NCBI RefSeq assembly: GCF_001564455.1
Contig: NZ_CP011391.1
Span: forward strand, 1,260,001 to 1,292,000
From: Faecalibaculum rodentium
GTDB lineage: Bacteria > Bacillota_I > Bacilli_A > Erysipelotrichales > Erysipelotrichaceae
Direction: 5' to 3'
DNA: 32,000 nt
The notes under the pieces were generated by a model, which saw only the letters and a program-made list of their open reading frames with translations, did not search any database and had not been told where the DNA came from. This document shows, piece by piece, positions 24,057-32,000 of the stretch. Position 1 is the stretch's first letter. Every line of letters begins with the position of its first letter. A program made the translations under genes and the position numbers.

Positions 24057-24551
24057 ATGAACACCAATGCCCTGCTCGATCTGCTCGAGAAAGATGCACG
24101 TCTCAGTGCGCGGGACCTTGCCGATATGCTTGATGAAGAAGAAGGCACAGTCCGCAAGGAAGTAAAGCGTCTCGAGAATGACAAGATCATCTGCGGCTAT
24201 CATACCGTCATCAACTACAACCGGGGACTCAAGGACGAAAAAGTTATGGCTTTCATCGAGGTGGACTGTCGTCCCACCAGAGACCGGGGCTATGACAAGA
24301 CCGCCCGTCTGATTGCCAGCTATCCGGAGGTATCCACGATGTATCTGCTGTCGGGAGACTGCGATTTTCTGTGCCTGGTGGAAGGAAAAACCATGTTTGA
24401 AGTCGCACGATTCGTATATGACAAAATTTCTGCCGTGGAAGACGTGACCAGCACCAAAACACTGTTCGTTCTCAAGGAATACAAGAAAAATGGCATCATG
24501 ATGAAGGACGAAGACGAAAAGAAAAATGAAAGGCTGGTGGTGACACCATGA
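24057..24551 (+). CDS. Lrp/AsnC family transcriptional regulator
   Basis: AAGGAGG RBS. N-terminal HTH (LLDLLEKDARLSARDLADMLDEEEGTVRKEVKRLENDKII) and a C-terminal RAM/AsnC_trans_reg-like domain. Confidence 0.9.
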   Translation: MNTNALLDLLEKDARLSARDLADMLDEEEGTVRKEVKRLENDKIICGYHTVINYNRGLKDEKVMAFIEVDCRPTRDRGYDKTARLIASYPEVSTMYLLSGDCDFLCLVEGKTMFEVARFVYDKISAVEDVTSTKTLFVLKEYKKNGIMMKDEDEKKNERLVVTP

Positions 24552-25765
24552 CCAAACCGATCAACAGCACCGTGGCTGCCATGAAGCCCTCGGGCATCCG
24601 GAAATTCTTCGATCTGGCAAGTACCATGGAAGGCGTGATCTCACTGGGAGTTGGCGAACCGGATTTTCCGACTCCCTGGCACATATGCGAAAGTGCCATC
24701 GATTCCATGATTGACGGCAATACCCATTACACGGCCAATCGCGGACTGATCCAGCTGCGCAGGGAAATCGCCCGGTTTCATGAAGAACGCTACAGCCAGA
24801 TTTACGATCCGGAAAAGGAAATCATCGTCACGGTCGGCGGTTCTGAAGGGGTGGACCTCACCATGCGTACCCTGGTGGAGCCTGGAGATGAAGTGATCGT
24901 CCTGGACCCCAACTATGTTGCTTATACCCCGGCCATTGAACTCGCAGGCGGTACGGCCGTTCCCATCCGCATTACCAAAGAACACGAATTCAAGCTGCTG
25001 CCGGAAGACCTGGCTGCAGCAATCACAGACCGGACAAAGGCCATCATTCTCAACTTCCCCTCCAATCCCACCGGTGGTGTCATGACTGCCGATGACTATG
25101 CAAAGCTAGTCCCGATCCTCCTGGAATCCGGCATTTACGTAATCAGCGATGAAATATATGCCGAGCTTCTGTTTGACGGCGAGTTTGCATCTCCGGCCCA
25201 GTTCGCGGAACTGCGGGAACAGGTCATTGTCATCAACGGCTTCTCCAAGGCCTTTGCCATGACCGGCTGGCGCCTGGGCTATCTGCTGGCACCTGCGGCT
25301 CTGTCTTCCATGATGAACAAGGTACACCAGTATGTCATCATGGCCGCTCCCACACCTGCACAGTATGCAGCCGTGGAAGCCATGAAAGCCGGAATTTCGG
25401 ACATTGAACATATGCGGGAGGATTATCGCAGGAGAAGAAATCTGCTGGTTCGCAGGCTGAACCGCATGGGACTGCCCACCATTCTGCCGCACGGCACCTT
25501 CTATGTATTCCCCGACATCACATCCACCGGACTGAGCAGCGAGGAATTCTGTGCCAGGCTGCTGGAATCACAGAAAGTGGCCTGTGTCCCGGGTACCGCA
25601 TTCGGCGATTCAGGCGAAGGCCATATCCGGATCAGTTACGCCTACAGTCTCGATCACATCAAGGAAGCCTGTGACCGAATGGAGCATTTTCTGGATGAAC
25701 TCCGCATGAAGGACACTGTTCTGGAAGAAGAAACTGTTGAAATCATCGAATTCAGGGGGGAGTGA
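24548..25765 (+). CDS. class I/II PLP-dependent aminotransferase (AspC/AlaT-like)
   Basis: ATGA overlap with the regulator. SNPTG, PLP-lysine context NGFSKAFAMTGWRLGY. The pairing with an Lrp-type regulator resembles B. subtilis alaR-alaT. Confidence 0.92.
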   Translation: MTKPINSTVAAMKPSGIRKFFDLASTMEGVISLGVGEPDFPTPWHICESAIDSMIDGNTHYTANRGLIQLRREIARFHEERYSQIYDPEKEIIVTVGGSEGVDLTMRTLVEPGDEVIVLDPNYVAYTPAIELAGGTAVPIRITKEHEFKLLPEDLAAAITDRTKAIILNFPSNPTGGVMTADDYAKLVPILLESGIYVISDEIYAELLFDGEFASPAQFAELREQVIVINGFSKAFAMTGWRLGYLLAPAALSSMMNKVHQYVIMAAPTPAQYAAVEAMKAGISDIEHMREDYRRRRNLLVRRLNRMGLPTILPHGTFYVFPDITSTGLSSEEFCARLLESQKVACVPGTAFGDSGEGHIRISYAYSLDHIKEACDRMEHFLDELRMKDTVLEEETVEIIEFRGE

Positions 25766-25827
25766 TCCTCCCTTTCCTGTTTCGTTTCCCCCATATGGCT
25801 ACAGCTGCAGACAAAATCCTGAAACGG

Positions 25828-25867
25828 AAAAGGGCAGACCAGCATCAATTGCGGTCTGCCCTTTTGT
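25828..25867. terminator. bidirectional terminator shared by aminotransferase (+) and pgcA (-)
   Basis: GGGCAGACC-(12 nt)-GGTCTGCCC, flanked by AAAA upstream and TTTTGTG downstream. Confidence 0.85.
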
Positions 25868-25897
25868 GATTCAGAGTATGGGATCGTGAATGAAGAG

Positions 25898-27604
25898 CTA
25901 TTCCGCCGTTCCCGTCAGCTCAGCCATGGCCTGCTGGAATTTCTCTGTCTTTTCATGTGCATCTGCTTTGTCCGAACCCTTTACGCAATAGTAGAACTTG
26001 CACTTGGGCTCTGTACCGGAGGGACGGACCGCGATCCAGGAACCGTCTTCCAGGTAGTACTTCAGCACATCGGATTTCACGAAGCCGGTCAGCGGTTTCT
26101 TCTCGCCGTTTTCCTCGATGATTTCTTCCTTGTAGTCTTCGCTCTTCACGACAGGCTCTCCGGCGATTTCCTTCGGAGCGTCTTTTCGCAGATCGGAAAG
26201 GATCTGCTGGATCCGTTTTGCACCGGCTTCACCTGCCAGGGACAGAGCCACCTGGGATTCCTCATAGGTACCGTGTTTGGCATACAGGTCATTCAGGACA
26301 TCCACCAGGTCCTTGCCCTGTTTCTTGTAATACGCAGCCGCTTCGGCCAGCATCAGGCAGGCCTGGGGTGCATCCTTGTCTCGTACAAACGGCTTGATCA
26401 GGGAACCATAGGATTCCTCGTAGCCAAAGACATAGTTTTTCTCGTGGGTCTGCTCATACTTGGCCACTTTCTCGCCGATGAACTTGAAGCCCGTCAGGGT
26501 CTTTTCTGTCTCCACGCCGTGATCTGCTGCCACTTTTTCTCCCAGATCACTGGTGACAACAGTGTTGAACATCACGGGGTTGTCCGGCATTTTGCCCTGG
26601 GCATGCAGCTGGGAAAGGATGTATTCGAGCAGAACTGCACCGGACTGGTTTCCGGTCATGACCACATACTCTCCATCGTGCTTTACACCTACGCCCATAC
26701 GGTCCGCATCCGGGTCACAGACAAGAATGATATCGGCATCGTTGTCTGCGGCATATTTCAGGGCCAGTTCATAGGCACCCGGCTGTTCCGGGTTCGGAGT
26801 CGGGGTCTGCGAGAAGTCGGGATCCGGAGTGCACTGTTCTTCCACAGGAATATCGTGGTATCCGGTGCGTTTGTAGATCTCCCGTACAGGAACATTGGCT
26901 GTTCCGTGTTCTGGAGAGAATACGATCGTAATGTCTTTTTCCACATCCGGGTTCAGCTGAATGGACAGCACATTCTCATAATAGGGTTCGTCCACATCCT
27001 TGCCGATGACCTGCACAAGCTTCTTCTGGTCTTCTGTGATGTTGGTTTCAATGGCAAGTTCGTCGTCAATCGCATTGACTCTGTCAATGACCTGTGCAGC
27101 CAGATCGGGGACCAGCTGGCAGCCCTTGGAATCATACAGCTTGTATCCGTTGTACTCCTTCGGATTGTGGCTGGCTGTGATCATGATTCCGCCAAAGCAG
27201 CCCAGGTGACGGACTGCAAAAGACAGTTCCGGCGTCGGACGCAGGGATTTAAAAACATAGGCCTTGATGCCGTTTTTGGCCAGCAGGTCGGCACAGTCAA
27301 ATGCGAGCTCCCTGGACATATGACGGTTGTCGTAGCCAATCGCGATTCCTTCTTCGCAGGCTTTTTCTCCATGTTCCTTGATGTATTCGGCAAACCCCTG
27401 AGTGGCTTTGCGGATCGTGTGGATGTTGATCCGGTTGGTGCCGGGTCCCAGAAGGCCGCGCATACCGGCGGTGCCAAATTCTATGGTTGTATAAAATGCA
27501 TCGTTCTTTTCTTCCGGGGTCATCTCAGCCAGGACCTCTTTGTATCTGGGATCCAGGTTCGGATGATTTACCCATTTTTCATAGCGTTCTTCAACAATGG
27601 ACAT
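25898..27604 (-). CDS. pgcA: phosphoglucomutase (alpha-D-phosphohexomutase family, PgcA-like)
   Basis: FGTAGMRG, active-site ITASHNPKEYNGYK, GVMITGNQ-like VVMTGNQ, 568 aa. TAGGAGG RBS. The plus-strand ORF 25886..27610 is a shadow. Confidence 0.95.
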   Translation of the reverse strand: MSIVEERYEKWVNHPNLDPRYKEVLAEMTPEEKNDAFYTTIEFGTAGMRGLLGPGTNRINIHTIRKATQGFAEYIKEHGEKACEEGIAIGYDNRHMSRELAFDCADLLAKNGIKAYVFKSLRPTPELSFAVRHLGCFGGIMITASHNPKEYNGYKLYDSKGCQLVPDLAAQVIDRVNAIDDELAIETNITEDQKKLVQVIGKDVDEPYYENVLSIQLNPDVEKDITIVFSPEHGTANVPVREIYKRTGYHDIPVEEQCTPDPDFSQTPTPNPEQPGAYELALKYAADNDADIILVCDPDADRMGVGVKHDGEYVVMTGNQSGAVLLEYILSQLHAQGKMPDNPVMFNTVVTSDLGEKVAADHGVETEKTLTGFKFIGEKVAKYEQTHEKNYVFGYEESYGSLIKPFVRDKDAPQACLMLAEAAAYYKKQGKDLVDVLNDLYAKHGTYEESQVALSLAGEAGAKRIQQILSDLRKDAPKEIAGEPVVKSEDYKEEIIEENGEKKPLTGFVKSDVLKYYLEDGSWIAVRPSGTEPKCKFYYCVKGSDKADAHEKTEKFQQAMAELTGTAE

Positions 27605-27636
27605 TCGTGAGTTCCTCCTACTCTCATATCGGTTAC

Positions 27637-27645
27637 ATTATAGCA
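27637..27645 (-). promoter_or_regulatory. candidate extended -10 promoter of pgcA (TGCTATAAT)
   Basis: Minus strand TGC-TATAAT at 27645-27637, about 33 nt upstream of the ATG. No good -35. Confidence 0.45.
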
Positions 27646-27684
27646 AATATCATACACTTCTGACCGGCTGTCTTTGTACTCTCC

Positions 27685-27692
27685 AGGAAAAT
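27685..27692. repeat. left target-site duplication AGGAAAAT (identity extends to CCAGGAAAAT)
   Basis: Identical 8-mer (10-mer with CC) directly flanks both IS ends: 27685-27692 and 30275-30282. Confidence 0.7.
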
Positions 27693-27765
27693 GAATACGC
27701 AAAATTGGACAGGGTCCACCCCCTTCAATAAAGCGACCTTAGGGTCGATCACCAAAGTCATAAAA

Positions 27766-27812
27766 GGCAGCTCCGAACCTTCATGGAGGTTCTAAAGCTG
27801 CCTTGTTTTGTT
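27766..27812 (+). terminator. terminator-like compound hairpin inside IS left end
   Basis: GGCAGCT...(inner GAACCT-tcatgg-AGGTTC)...AGCTGCC followed by TTGTTTTGTT. Would block read-in transcription toward the transposase genes. Confidence 0.55.
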
Positions 27813-27997
27813 ATAGTTGAATTAAGGAGTTATAGGGAGAGAATATCGAAGATTTCCCTGTGTTTATTGGTGAAAGTGGCTGAATGAAGATACTTTGGCA
27901 GTTCTCCGCTTAAGGAGGGAGTCAGTACCCCCTTCCAGTCACTGAAACAGTGATATCAGGAACTTTGTGATGAAACAAAAAAAGGAGCAGAGCCCAA

Positions 27998-28630
27998 TTG
28001 ATTGCCGTCAAGTTCTGCCGCTCCCTGTCTAATGACATGATTATGGTACCGGGAAATCACCCTGAAATCAATTCATCTTTCCAGAATGGATATCAAAAAA
28101 CTTGTAACAGGTTCTTCGCTGGTACCAGGAAATGCCCTGATTGCCATGATGGTAAGCTGTACCGTCATGGTTCCTATCTCCGCAGTTTCGAAAGTCCCGT
28201 AAACGGCGTTCGTGACGAGGTGCTGATCCAGCGTGCAAAATGTTCCGTATGCGGTAAAACTCATGCCCTCATCCCCGCTGAACTTGTTCCCTTCTCCCGC
28301 GTTCCGCTGCTGGCACAATTCCTGATAGCGGTCAAGGCCGGCCTGTTCAAAGGCCCTGATCGCACTCTCCGTCAGGCAGAGTGCGAACTTGCCCGTTACG
28401 CTTTGCCTCCTGTCGTGATCCGCTATATCTCCAAACACATCGCCCAATACTGGTCTGATTTCCTTTCACTATTCTTAGACGCCACGCTGGAGGAATTGTG
28501 TCTTTTAGCCTGGAAAGACAGGAATAAACAGCTTTTCCAAATGTCTAGATATGAGATCGCACAAAGTTTTCCACCATTCCACACAGCTTTTATGACTCAC
28601 CCCGTATCCTCTGCGATGATGACATCGTGA
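27998..28630 (+). CDS. zinc-ribbon accessory protein (DUF6431-like), IS-encoded
   Basis: TTG start with AAGGAG 11 nt upstream. CPDC...GKLYRHGSYLR...IQRAKCSVCGKTHALIPAELVP fits the pattern I associate with DUF6431 proteins found next to transposases. The stop overlaps the transposase frame start (GTGA). Confidence 0.7.
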   Translation: MIAVKFCRSLSNDMIMVPGNHPEINSSFQNGYQKTCNRFFAGTRKCPDCHDGKLYRHGSYLRSFESPVNGVRDEVLIQRAKCSVCGKTHALIPAELVPFSRVPLLAQFLIAVKAGLFKGPDRTLRQAECELARYALPPVVIRYISKHIAQYWSDFLSLFLDATLEELCLLAWKDRNKQLFQMSRYEIAQSFPPFHTAFMTHPVSSAMMTS

Positions 28631-28644
28631 ACAGGAGGAATACC

Positions 28645-30135
28645 GTGTTGAATGCAGAAAAAGAATTCATGGTGGACTTTTTCGGGCTGGAACCAGGGGA
28701 GATCGAGGACATCAGTTATACCAGACAGTCCGACAAACGTCCTGTACTGCGTGTCATTCTCACCAATGATCACGATCCATGCCCTGACTGCGGCTGCCCG
28801 CATCCCAGAGTGAAGGAATATATCCCAAAGAAGATCAAATATGCGGATGGAACTGGCAGGGACTGTATCCTGCTTTATCATGCCAGACGGTTCAAATGCC
28901 CAGCCTGCCACCGCACCTACTATGAGCCTTCTCCTTTCGTTCAGAAAAAGGGGAAGATCGCGGATAAAGTCGTATTCGACATATTGAAGGATCTCAAGGA
29001 CTACAACCAGACCTTTGCTTCGGTAGGCCGCAAATACTGCGTTTCAGCCACCACGGTGTCCAATATCTTCGACGCCCATGTGGAGATCCCCAGGAAGAAG
29101 CTACCGTCACTCCTGTGCATAGACGAGGTCTATGCGATGAAGACCCAGGGAAGCAAGTATGTATGTCTGCTCCTTGATTTCGAAAAGCAGACACCTGTGG
29201 ATCTGCTTCCAAACCGCTGGCTCCCTTCACTGCTTGAATATATGAGTCTGATCCCCGAGGAGGAAAGACTCGGAGTCAAAGCGGTCTGTTTCGATATGTA
29301 CCCGGCTTACAGGAAAATGGTGAAAGCCTGCTTCCCCAACGCCATTGGCGTGGTGGACAGGTTCCATGTGATGCAGGAATTCACCCGCAGGCTGACAAAA
29401 GTCAGGATCCGGGTCATGAGCAGGACCAGAGCCAGGCGGGAAAGGCTGAAGGAAGAAATGAAGGCCGTGGAAAGCGACTTCCCAAGGGAAAGATACCGGG
29501 ACGATCCGTGCTGGCAGAGGATATCCGCTGACTGGCAGAAAACCTCTGACCAGTATTATGTACTGAAGCATTTCCACTGGCTCCTCTCAAAAGATGAGGA
29601 TCTGGATATCTTTGACCCAGGGAGAGAAGGACAATACAACCGACATTTTCAAAAATATATGACGCTCCTGCAGCTGCGGGAGATTCTTCTGGGTATCGAC
29701 CCTGAACTGGAAGAAGCAGTGCGTTTGAAAAGGGTTTTGACTCACATGTATGAGTCGGGAACATATGATAAAGCAGGAGAACAGCTGTTCAACGAAACTT
29801 ATGTAGCGTTCAGGAACAGTTCCATCAAAGAGATGAACGGATTCTCCAGAACGATGAAGGAATGGAGAGATGAGATCTTCAATTCCTTCAACACAGTGAC
29901 TGTTGAATACATGGTCAACAGGAGGAGCGAATATACGATCAAAAGCGTAAGGCTCCACAACGGGATCATTGAGAACCGCAACAAAATGATCAAGTGCATG
30001 AAACACAATTCCTATGGCTTTACCAACTGGGTCAGGTTCAGGAATCGTGTAATGTATGTGCTCGATCCAAAAGCGACATATTCTCTGGAGCCCAGGTTCG
30101 GCAGTAAGGCTGTGAAAAAGAAGAAAAACAAGTAG
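28645..30135 (+). CDS. ISL3 family transposase
   Basis: Track ORF starts at GTG 28627. GTG 28645 has AGGAGG 6 nt upstream. N-terminal zinc fingers (CPDCGCPH..., FKCPACHRTYYE), DDE region (LCIDEVYA..., VCFDMYPAYRKMV...DRFHVMQ), and a C-terminal NGIIENRNKMIKCMKHNSYGFTNWVRFRNRV typical of ISL3. Confidence 0.92.
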   Translation: MLNAEKEFMVDFFGLEPGEIEDISYTRQSDKRPVLRVILTNDHDPCPDCGCPHPRVKEYIPKKIKYADGTGRDCILLYHARRFKCPACHRTYYEPSPFVQKKGKIADKVVFDILKDLKDYNQTFASVGRKYCVSATTVSNIFDAHVEIPRKKLPSLLCIDEVYAMKTQGSKYVCLLLDFEKQTPVDLLPNRWLPSLLEYMSLIPEEERLGVKAVCFDMYPAYRKMVKACFPNAIGVVDRFHVMQEFTRRLTKVRIRVMSRTRARRERLKEEMKAVESDFPRERYRDDPCWQRISADWQKTSDQYYVLKHFHWLLSKDEDLDIFDPGREGQYNRHFQKYMTLLQLREILLGIDPELEEAVRLKRVLTHMYESGTYDKAGEQLFNETYVAFRNSSIKEMNGFSRTMKEWRDEIFNSFNTVTVEYMVNRRSEYTIKSVRLHNGIIENRNKMIKCMKHNSYGFTNWVRFRNRVMYVLDPKATYSLEPRFGSKAVKKKKNK

Positions 30136-30274
30136 AATCAGGGGCTGCCCACAAAGTGGACAGCCCCTGAGTGCTTACTGTGATGTTCAAACTCCAAAGC
30201 TCTGTAGGGTAACGGAAACCCTAAGGTATCTTTGGATGGGGTTAGTCTTCCTCCCTATCCAATTTTGGAGTGCC

Positions 30275-30282
30275 AGGAAAAT
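30275..30282. repeat. right target-site duplication AGGAAAAT
   Basis: See the left copy at 27685-27692. Confidence 0.7.
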
Positions 30283-30301
30283 CTGCTGCAGCCAGGCCAG
30301 A

Positions 30302-30327
30302 GAAAAAGGCTCGACAGGAGCCTTTTC
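30302..30327 (-). terminator. terminator after ptsH
   Basis: Minus strand GGCTC-ctgtc-GAGCC followed by TTTTTCT. An A-run upstream allows the stem to extend. Confidence 0.7.
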
Positions 30328-30348
30328 TGTTCAATCTCAATTCTGGTA

Positions 30349-30615
30349 TCAGGCAATGATCTTCTGAGCGCGGAGCACTTCTTCGATTGCCTCGATGGCA
30401 GCTTCTTCGTCGTCACCGGTTGCGGAGATCGTGATTTCGCTCTGTGTGGGGATGCCCAGGGACATAACACCCATGATGGACTTCATGTTCACTTCACGGC
30501 CCTTGAATGCAACGTTTACGTCGGATTTGAATTTGCTGGCTGCGTTGACTGCAACGGTGGCCGGACGTGCGTGCAGACCTACCGGATCGATTACTGTAAC
30601 TGTGACTTGTTTCAT
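30349..30615 (-). CDS. ptsH: phosphocarrier protein HPr
   Basis: MKQVTVTVIDPVGLHARPATV (His15) and KSIMGVMSLG (Ser46, HPrK/P site). 88 aa. AGGAGG RBS. Confidence 0.96.
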   Translation of the reverse strand: MKQVTVTVIDPVGLHARPATVAVNAASKFKSDVNVAFKGREVNMKSIMGVMSLGIPTQSEITISATGDDEEAAIEAIEEVLRAQKIIA

Positions 30616-30658
30616 GATTGATTTCCTCCTGTTTTACACTTCGATAATATTTTATGCT

Positions 30659-30687
30659 ACTCGGTTTTCAAACTCAATAACGGGTTC
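30659..30687 (-). promoter_or_regulatory. candidate ptsH promoter (TTGAGT-17-TAAAAT)
   Basis: Minus strand: -35 at 30687-30682 and -10 at 30664-30659. Confidence 0.5.
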
Positions 30688-30688
30688 G

Positions 30689-31099
30689 TCAAAATGCATC
30701 CGCTTCCAGAACCGGAATATTCGACTCTTTCAGCCTGGCAGCAAAGATCCCCTGTCCGGGAACCAGCTCGCCGCTGAAGCTGCCGTCGTGGACCTGAGTG
30801 GCTCCACAGCTTGGACTGCGCGGCTGAAGAATGACGAGATCGCAGTCTTTGACCTTCTCCAGGCAGCGCTGTGCACCCCGCTCATAGGCCACTGTATAGT
30901 CCATGCCGTCACGACCGATCACCCGGCCGTTTTTCAGTTCACACGGTACCCGCGGACAGCTCAGTCCGCCTTCACACTCAGGACAGACCAGGATACAGTC
31001 ATGGTCTTTCAGAAATGCCTGTACCGCCGGATTGGCTTTCGATTTCCCGTCATACCGGCAGCGCTCTCCCATCAGGCAGGCGCTGACTCCCACTTTCAC
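30689..31099 (-). CDS. DUF523 family protein (TudS-like putative 4Fe-4S thiouracil desulfidase family)
   Basis: GTG start overlapping the glgA stop (GTGA). MKVGVSACLMGERCRYDG...LVCPECEGGLSCPR...SPSCG. This Cys pattern is typical of DUF523. Confidence 0.82.
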   Translation of the reverse strand: MKVGVSACLMGERCRYDGKSKANPAVQAFLKDHDCILVCPECEGGLSCPRVPCELKNGRVIGRDGMDYTVAYERGAQRCLEKVKDCDLVILQPRSPSCGATQVHDGSFSGELVPGQGIFAARLKESNIPVLEADAF

Positions 31100-32000
31100 C
31101 GGTTAACCAGTTCGTTGTACAGCTGATTGTAGGTGGCCGCGGATTTCGCCCATGATACATCCGTATTCATGGCATTGGTCTGCAGCGTTTCCCAGTCGGC
31201 TTTCCGGTTGTAGTACACATCTGCTGCATAATACAGCGTATGCATAAGCTCGTTGGCGTTGTAGGAAGAGAAGCTGAATCCGTTGCCGGATTTGTCATAT
31301 TCGTTGTAGGGCGTGACGGTATCCTTCAGACCGCCGGTTTCACGTACCAGCGGAAGCGTTCCATACCGCATGGAACAAAGCTGGGAAATACCGCAGGGTT
31401 CGAACAGGGACGGCATCAGGAAAAGGTCGCTGCCTGCATAGATCCGGTGTGCCAGGTCCTCGTTGTAGCCTCGGTAGAAGCACACCTTGCCCTTGTGTTC
31501 GTTCTCCATGTTGCGGAACGCATCCTCGATCTTCGCTTCACCGCTGCCAAGAATTGCCAGCTGGATCGGGGCGGCTGCAAGTGCGGAGAGCTGTTCCATG
31601 AGCAGATAGAATCCCTTCTGCCAGGTCAGGCGCGATACAACCCCCACCAGCATGACATTCGGATTGACTTCCAGGCCCAGTTCCCGCTGCAGGTCAGCCT
31701 TGTCCTTCGCTTTGTTGGCCTTGAGGTTCACTTTGTTGTAGTGATGTGGAATGGCGGGATCTGTTGCGGGGTTCCAGACAGACAGGTCGATTCCGTTCAC
31801 GATGCCCCACAGGTCGTACTTGCGCATATTGAGTACCATTTCCAGGTGTTCGCCAAATTGCGGTGTCAGGATCTCCTGCGCATAGGTCGGGGATACAGTG
31901 GTAACTTTGTCGCTGTACAGAATACCGGACTTCAGGAAGGAAATACCACCGTCATACCGGACATTGCCGTTGTCCAGCAGGTACCAGGGAAGTCCCAGGC
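31096..32000 (-). CDS. glgA: glycogen synthase, C-terminal ~300 codons (5' end beyond window)
   Basis: The frame stays open upstream of track ORF 31096..31839 to the window end (...LPWYLLDNGNVRYDGGISFLKSGILYSDKVTTVSPTYAQEILTPQFGEHLEMVLN...). GT5 signatures GIVNGID...WNP, SRLTWQKG, FLMPSLFEPCGISQL. Confidence 0.95.
   Translation of the reverse strand, partial: LGLPWYLLDNGNVRYDGGISFLKSGILYSDKVTTVSPTYAQEILTPQFGEHLEMVLNMRKYDLWGIVNGIDLSVWNPATDPAIPHHYNKVNLKANKAKDKADLQRELGLEVNPNVMLVGVVSRLTWQKGFYLLMEQLSALAAAPIQLAILGSGEAKIEDAFRNMENEHKGKVCFYRGYNEDLAHRIYAGSDLFLMPSLFEPCGISQLCSMRYGTLPLVRETGGLKDTVTPYNEYDKSGNGFSFSSYNANELMHTLYYAADVYYNRKADWETLQTNAMNTDVSWAKSAATYNQLYNELVNR

Larger units (their letters stand above)
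27693..30274 (+). mobile_element. ISL3-family insertion sequence (~2.58 kb) with two ORFs
   Basis: IRL GAATACGCAAAATTGGACAGGG (27693-27714) against the reverse complement of IRR, GGCACTCCAAAATTGGATAGGG (30274-30253). The core matches 14/15. A shared subterminal ACCTTAGGGT lies 43-47 bp from each end. 8-bp direct repeats, as expected for ISL3. Encodes an ISL3-type DDE transposase. Confidence 0.8.

Noticed and set aside
30141-30167. Hairpin GGGGCTG-(13 nt)-CAGCCCC after the transposase stop, considered as a terminator
   Set aside because: It is not followed by a T-tract (the next bases are TGAGTGCTTACTG). It may be a stabilising or subterminal IS structure, but it cannot be called an intrinsic terminator.
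1-32000. Defence island, prophage, CRISPR-Cas, toxin-antitoxin or biosynthetic cluster
   Set aside because: No nuclease, helicase, methylase, integrase or phage structural signature was seen. The gene content is dominated by conserved translation, secretion and central-carbon genes in Bacillus-like synteny. The only mobile DNA recognised is the single ISL3 element.

Overview
This window looks like a largely housekeeping stretch of a Bacillota-type chromosome. All calls come from reading the sequence and recognising motifs; no database search was run. Most genes lie on the minus strand.

Features, in coordinate order:
- valS, 5' portion, with a T-box leader.
- About 570 bp with no credible ORF, ending in a strong terminator that abuts a small cupin gene.
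- A PadR + DUF2812 pair.
- ptsI.
- An ECF S-component gene with a structured leader.
- An uncharacterised 283-aa protein translationally coupled to a GNAT acetyltransferase.
- An ankyrin-repeat protein + EF-G paralog operon, preceded by a leader peptide and terminator.
- An SDR oxidoreductase, a Cof-type HAD, and gpmA.
- rnr, secG, a HAD-IIA hydrolase, nusG, secE, rpmG, a SigH-like sigma factor, rlmB, mrnC and cysS. This is the conserved Bacillus-like cysS-to-nusG block, fused directly to a secG-rnr block.
- gap.
- An Lrp/AsnC regulator + aminotransferase pair.
- pgcA.
- A 2.6-kb ISL3-family insertion sequence with 8-bp target duplications.
- ptsH, a DUF523 gene, and the 3' portion of glgA.

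I saw no rRNA, tRNA or CRISPR array. Many long plus-strand ORFs in the track are antisense shadows of the real genes.

Nothing here is a clearly recognisable novel multi-gene system. The items most worth a second look are:
1. The attenuator-like leader in front of the ankyrin/EF-G-paralog operon.
2. The unexplained structured non-coding region at 2345-2914.
3. The 283-aa unknown protein + GNAT pair.
4. Several small unannotated ORFs and leaders below the 60-aa track cutoff.
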